Shown: piece after piece, positions 59,653-64,000 of the stretch | Layout: each line of letters opens with the position of its first letter | How positions within the stretch are numbered: position 1 is the first letter of the stretch | Origin: Zancudomyces culisetae HAW-14-8 | Taxonomy: Eukaryota; Fungi; Kickxellomycota | DNA length: 64,000 nt | Direction: 5' to 3' | Assembly (NCBI GenBank): GCA_052426225.1 | Contig: JBNJNM010000015.1 | Location: 1,116,001 to 1,180,000, forward strand | The notes under the pieces: generated by a model | What the model was told of the DNA's origin: nothing | The model's input: only the letters and a program-made list of their open reading frames with translations | Database searches by the model: none | Made by a program: the position numbers and the translations under genes

Positions 59653-62600
59653 TTATGAGGAAAGTTTGATTTTTTTGTGAGAAGAAATATCAATTAGTTT
59701 AGGTAATTTGATTAGCGCTGGAGACAAACGCGATGACGCTGCTAGTGTTGATGGCGCCAATGCCAGTGTATTTGAGAAAGTACCAGCACCAGTATTGAAG
59801 TCCCCAGCGATTCTGTTGAGGTTACTCAATGGATCCAGTTTGGCTAGCTTGAGCTTGGCTACTTGTAAATTGAGTGATTGTATATTCTTGCGGCAAGCCT
59901 TTAGCTGCATAGCCAAAATCGAGTCATCAACAACATTACTTTGAGTATAAATGTAATTATTATTTACTTGAATATTGGTAGTGGCGTTGTAAGCACCAAG
60001 TGTCTTGTAGTTAGGTTCAAGATTGGAATCAGCGTTAACGCCAGCAACACTGTTGGGCACAGTGGCGGGTGAGGCAAGAGTCATGTCAACAGAGCTGGTA
60101 GTGCCTATGTTTGCAACGGGTTTGTTTGCGTTCAAGGAGTCTATTTCGGCATGCAGACCTTCTACAATGTTTTCAAACTGGGCTTTCAGCTTGTTGGAAG
60201 TTTCAAGATCATTTTTCAGCTGTGTAATAGTTTCTTGATACTGAGAATCAGTAGTACGTTTTCGTTTTTGCAGTACTTGGATCTGTACCTTGTATTCTTC
60301 ATTGGCATGGTGTGCCTGTTTTATTTGTGTAGCCAGGTTTAGAACTTGTTGGTTCAGCGAACGGATTGTAAGTGCGGATTTCTCCAAATCTTGGACGTTG
60401 TTGGTTTCCTGTAGATTCTTGGACTTCCATGGCGTAACGACTTTGCACACCTTTATTGTGGCTCGTTCGGAGTCATGGGTGTGAGAGGTGAGTTGGTTGG
60501 TGATATTGGAATCGGTGGTAAAGTCAGAGTTGTTGTATTGCTCTATTAGAGAGGTAACTATTGGACCAAGTATGTTGTAAACCTGAGATATCTTTTCATC
60601 AAAGTAGCAGAGATCTACGTTGGATGGAAGTTGCAGAGATGAAGACAGCGGTTCGACACTAGAATCGGCGCTGCTGGAGTCTAGTAATACTGAGTCGGCT
60701 GCTTGTTTGAATAGTGCTTCAAATAGCTGCAAAGTATATCCACTGGATTCTGCAGAAGGCTCTGTATCCATTGCATTGTCCTTGTTGTCGCCAAATTCAC
60801 TCTTAGTTTGATCAATCAACTTCACCAGCACTTCACTGAACCTCAAAAGCAGCGATATAGATGCTACAATGTCGTCCAGCTGTCGTGTATCTACATCAAC
60901 CCTGTACTCTTCTATTTCATCAGTGGCTTTTCTATTGTCGTTCGATCTCCTAAACAGTTCGTCAACAACTTTGCATTGTAGCTTGACCAATAATAGCTTT
61001 ATGTCTTTGAGCCCACCCAGAACTGACTCGCTTTTATGCACCAACTCTTCATTTTCAATAAAGTTGTCAAAGAAATACAACAGTCCAACCTGGATCTGAT
61101 CAATACTATACCCCAATTCCGTGACTGCCTTCTTGACTGATTGCATTGAGTTTTCTTTGGTACTGCCCTTCTTGTTCTCACCATCAACTGCCATCAGCCG
61201 TTTTTCACATCGTACAAGCAACTCTTGGAGTGATTTTCCAACGGAAATAGCGTGGTTCAGTCTACTGATGCCCTGTCCGTCACCTATATCCTGCAGCGTA
61301 CCATCTCTTACCAGCTCTCTAACCTTGAGTTCAATAGACTGGATTTCCTGCTGGTTGCTATTCAGCACATTTCCCACTGCCAAAAATTCCTGCTCGCTGC
61401 TTGTCTCGATATTATGTACTATTAATTCTGCTACTTCTGCACTACATGCAAACACTCGTCGACAAATGGCAATATTTAGATATTCCTTATCCACTTGCTC
61501 TGAGGATAACTGTTTGTAGTTCTCTTGATCCTGTTGATGTTGCTCCAATTGCTTACAAATAAGTCGTGATAACATTTCAAGCCTTCTTATACCAAGAAAT
61601 CCTCCTACGCTTATTATTTCATTTTTTACTATCGACTCTGGAAGATAACTACTTAGTATTTTAATCTCCTGCAGGCAAAGCTCCATTTCATTCTTCTGTA
61701 GCTCTAGCTCCATACTGCGTGCCCGCACCGTCTGCATTGCCTTTCCTGCTTTATCAGCAAGCTCTCCCAGCTTTCGAGTTGCACCGCCACTACTTTCCAC
61801 CTGGGTCTGCAACTCCTGTTCTCTCTTTTCAGCTTGCTTCCTCTCATCCTGGAATTGAACCACTGCCTCCTTAAACCGTCCTATAATCTCTACATGCTCC
61901 TCTGACAACTCATTCAGTCTTTTAATATCCTGCTCGCGCTGCTTGATTTCCCATTCCAGTCGATTAATTTCCGAGTTTAGCTGCCTAACCTCGTCCGAAT
62001 GACCCTCATACATTTCCTCACTAACTTCATACATCGACTGCCAGTGTTCCGCCAGCGATTCCAATTCCTTAACTCTCTCACCAAGCTTGCTGTTTCTCTC
62101 TCCCAAGTTCAGTACCAACTCTTCAGAATCCGCTGCCTCCTCAAGCCGCTGCTTAAGCTCTTCAATAACCTCTGTCTGTTGCTCAACTTGTGCCTTCAGC
62201 TTTTCTACTATTCCAACTGCTTGTCTTCCCGCACCCATCTCTTTCTCTAAATCCCTGATGTTTTGCTTCAACTCATTGATCTCCAACTCCTTTTCATCTC
62301 TTAACGCCCGAAGTGCATCTGTTAGTCTTATACTCTTGGCCCTGAGCTGTGCTACCTCCAAAGAATCACTTTTTTCTCCTCTACCCTCACCCTCACCCTC
62401 ACCCTGACCACCACCACCACTACCAACACTCGTTCCTTCATACAACTTAATCTTCTCTTCCATTTCCGCCATTTCCTCTTTCATAATAACCATCTCCTGT
62501 TTGTATCCCTCCGCATGCTCCTCTGCCATTTCTTTCTCTATAGTAATCAACTCCAACGCCTCTCGCTCTTCCTCCAAAGTCACCTCCAGACTCTGCACCA

Positions 62601-63837
62601 GCTCTTGTGCCTTTTTCAACTCGCTTTTTGTCTTCAGCTGTTCTGCCGTCAGTTCTTTGACCTTCTGGATAAGTCTTTCTTGCGCTCTTTTCGCTTGAGC
62701 TTGGCTGCTCATAGCCTCCTCTGCATTCTGTATCACCTCCCGCTCCTCTGCCCTCTTTTGTTCCAAAAACTTAACCTTTGCCTTGAGTTCTTCGTATTGT
62801 GCGAGTGGAACGGTCTGATCTGCTTTTACTATTTTGCTTTCTCCTTCGTACATTACCGCCTCGCCCATCGATAGCGTTGGGCGTCGATATCTCACTTCCT
62901 TTTCCCTAATGCTTTCCAAAACATCTCCTACACCTTCACCACTTTCTTTCCGCTCCTCTTCTGCATTATCCTTTTGCTCCACCGCATGCTTTTCCTGGTT
63001 ATTGGTCTCCTCAATTTCCTCAATCTCTTCCATATCGTTCTTGTCAGTATTTTGCTTCACTGCTGCTGCACTACTTGCTTCCTCGCTCGGGACTTTCCCT
63101 GCTCTTGTTTGTTCAGCTACGTCTGAAATCGAGGATATGTTTGGGGTGGCTGATCTTGACCTGTTTAAACTGGTGCTGGAACTATGGATCGATGACTGTG
63201 GTGTTGATGGTCTCGAGTCATACTCAGAGCTTCTTCCTGAAACCGATAATCTACTCGTGCTTCCCATTCTATTCGAACTTCCCGTAAAACCCATTGGTAG
63301 CGAGCTCAAGGGGCTTTTCATGTTTAGAGATGCTCTTTTACTTGGGAGTTTACGAGATTCCATTGTTGGCGTTGTATTGGTTTCTTCTTGCATCACTTTT
63401 ACCTGTGAAATTCTTACGAATAGACCGTAGCCAGGTTTTGCATCAAAATATCTAACTCCTTGTACACTTCCATCATTCTTACCCAACTGCTCTTCAAGTT
63501 CTACCCCTATCCACAATCCCGTCGAAAAGGACGTCTCGCCCATAAACCTAACTACACCCTTCTTGTCCTGTGCTAAAACCAGTTTTCCCACCTCAACTTT
63601 GCTTTTGCCTTCAACGCTCTGCGCAATTTGCCCAGATGCCTGATTGTTAGGCGGTGTTTGTGGCACTGGTGAATTTGCTCCAGCTCTTTGCTGTATGCTT
63701 GTTGAAAATCTTGGCATAGGTGAGTTCGGTTTCACAGCGCTTTTGACACCGATCCCGCTAGCTATGGGATTATTTGTTCTCGACCCAGGCCTTGCTTCCA
63801 TGGGCCTGGTCCTTCTGTTAAAGCCACTTTTGTCCAT
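59653..63837 (-). CDS. DCTN1: Dynactin p150(Glued) subunit
   Basis: CAP-Gly domain (GVVRFMGETSFSTGLWIGVELEEQLGKNDGSVQGVRYF), Ser-rich linker, long coiled coil with ELITIEKEMAEE, and a dynactin domain (SYLPE). Confidence 0.93.
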   Translation of the reverse strand: MDKSGFNRRTRPMEARPGSRTNNPIASGIGVKSAVKPNSPMPRFSTSIQQRAGANSPVPQTPPNNQASGQIAQSVEGKSKVEVGKLVLAQDKKGVVRFMGETSFSTGLWIGVELEEQLGKNDGSVQGVRYFDAKPGYGLFVRISQVKVMQEETNTTPTMESRKLPSKRASLNMKSPLSSLPMGFTGSSNRMGSTSRLSVSGRSSEYDSRPSTPQSSIHSSSTSLNRSRSATPNISSISDVAEQTRAGKVPSEEASSAAAVKQNTDKNDMEEIEEIEETNNQEKHAVEQKDNAEEERKESGEGVGDVLESIREKEVRYRRPTLSMGEAVMYEGESKIVKADQTVPLAQYEELKAKVKFLEQKRAEEREVIQNAEEAMSSQAQAKRAQERLIQKVKELTAEQLKTKSELKKAQELVQSLEVTLEEEREALELITIEKEMAEEHAEGYKQEMVIMKEEMAEMEEKIKLYEGTSVGSGGGGQGEGEGEGRGEKSDSLEVAQLRAKSIRLTDALRALRDEKELEINELKQNIRDLEKEMGAGRQAVGIVEKLKAQVEQQTEVIEELKQRLEEAADSEELVLNLGERNSKLGERVKELESLAEHWQSMYEVSEEMYEGHSDEVRQLNSEINRLEWEIKQREQDIKRLNELSEEHVEIIGRFKEAVVQFQDERKQAEKREQELQTQVESSGGATRKLGELADKAGKAMQTVRARSMELELQKNEMELCLQEIKILSSYLPESIVKNEIISVGGFLGIRRLEMLSRLICKQLEQHQQDQENYKQLSSEQVDKEYLNIAICRRVFACSAEVAELIVHNIETSSEQEFLAVGNVLNSNQQEIQSIELKVRELVRDGTLQDIGDGQGISRLNHAISVGKSLQELLVRCEKRLMAVDGENKKGSTKENSMQSVKKAVTELGYSIDQIQVGLLYFFDNFIENEELVHKSESVLGGLKDIKLLLVKLQCKVVDELFRRSNDNRKATDEIEEYRVDVDTRQLDDIVASISLLLRFSEVLVKLIDQTKSEFGDNKDNAMDTEPSAESSGYTLQLFEALFKQAADSVLLDSSSADSSVEPLSSSLQLPSNVDLCYFDEKISQVYNILGPIVTSLIEQYNNSDFTTDSNITNQLTSHTHDSERATIKVCKVVTPWKSKNLQETNNVQDLEKSALTIRSLNQQVLNLATQIKQAHHANEEYKVQIQVLQKRKRTTDSQYQETITQLKNDLETSNKLKAQFENIVEGLHAEIDSLNANKPVANIGTTSSVDMTLASPATVPNSVAGVNADSNLEPNYKTLGAYNATTNIQVNNNYIYTQSNVVDDSILAMQLKACRKNIQSLNLQVAKLKLAKLDPLSNLNRIAGDFNTGAGTFSNTLALAPSTLAASSRLSPALIKLPKLIDISSHKKIKLSS

Positions 63838-64000
63838 GTTGTTTTTGACTTGACAACGAGTATTTCAAGTTACAATGTTATTACTCCTTTTGTCGTTTTT
63901 GTCGTTTTATTTTTCTATACTACTTTATACGGGCAACCTGTAAAATTTTTCGTTGGTATTCGGTATTTCTAGTATGCTCGTGTCTCACACATGTACATTT

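Overview
AT-rich, intron-containing eukaryotic DNA. Gene content and intron style point to an early-diverging fungus; a Kickxellomycotina/Harpellales-like origin is my unconfirmed inference. About 19 protein genes can be reconstructed by joining exons at GT/GC-AG sites: Sin3 (5'-truncated), ZNF207/BuGZ, GLTP/HET-C2, RPL38, a DH-PH RhoGEF, an ankyrin protein, a long metallothionein, a GATA factor, a SUT1/SLC45-like sugar transporter, proteasome alpha5, cohesin SCC3, CAF-1 p60, MPDU1, PNP, pyruvate carboxylase, METTL5, a UBE2T-like E2, dynactin p150, and a small stathmin-like protein. A decayed LINE fragment and several simple repeats are also present. No tRNA, rRNA or CRISPR was seen. Best leads: (1) a 129-aa orphan with two stathmin-type tubulin-binding repeats 52 aa apart and a terminal RRVSF motif; (2) a 131-aa, 34-Cys metallothionein; (3) a nested multi-helix RNA structure inside the 791-nt RPL38 intron; (4) a hidden F-box-like motif upstream of the ankyrin ORF, cut off by an in-frame TAA; (5) abrupt purine-to-pyrimidine strand-polarity switches inside genes. 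All homology calls come from motif recognition by eye, not database searches.
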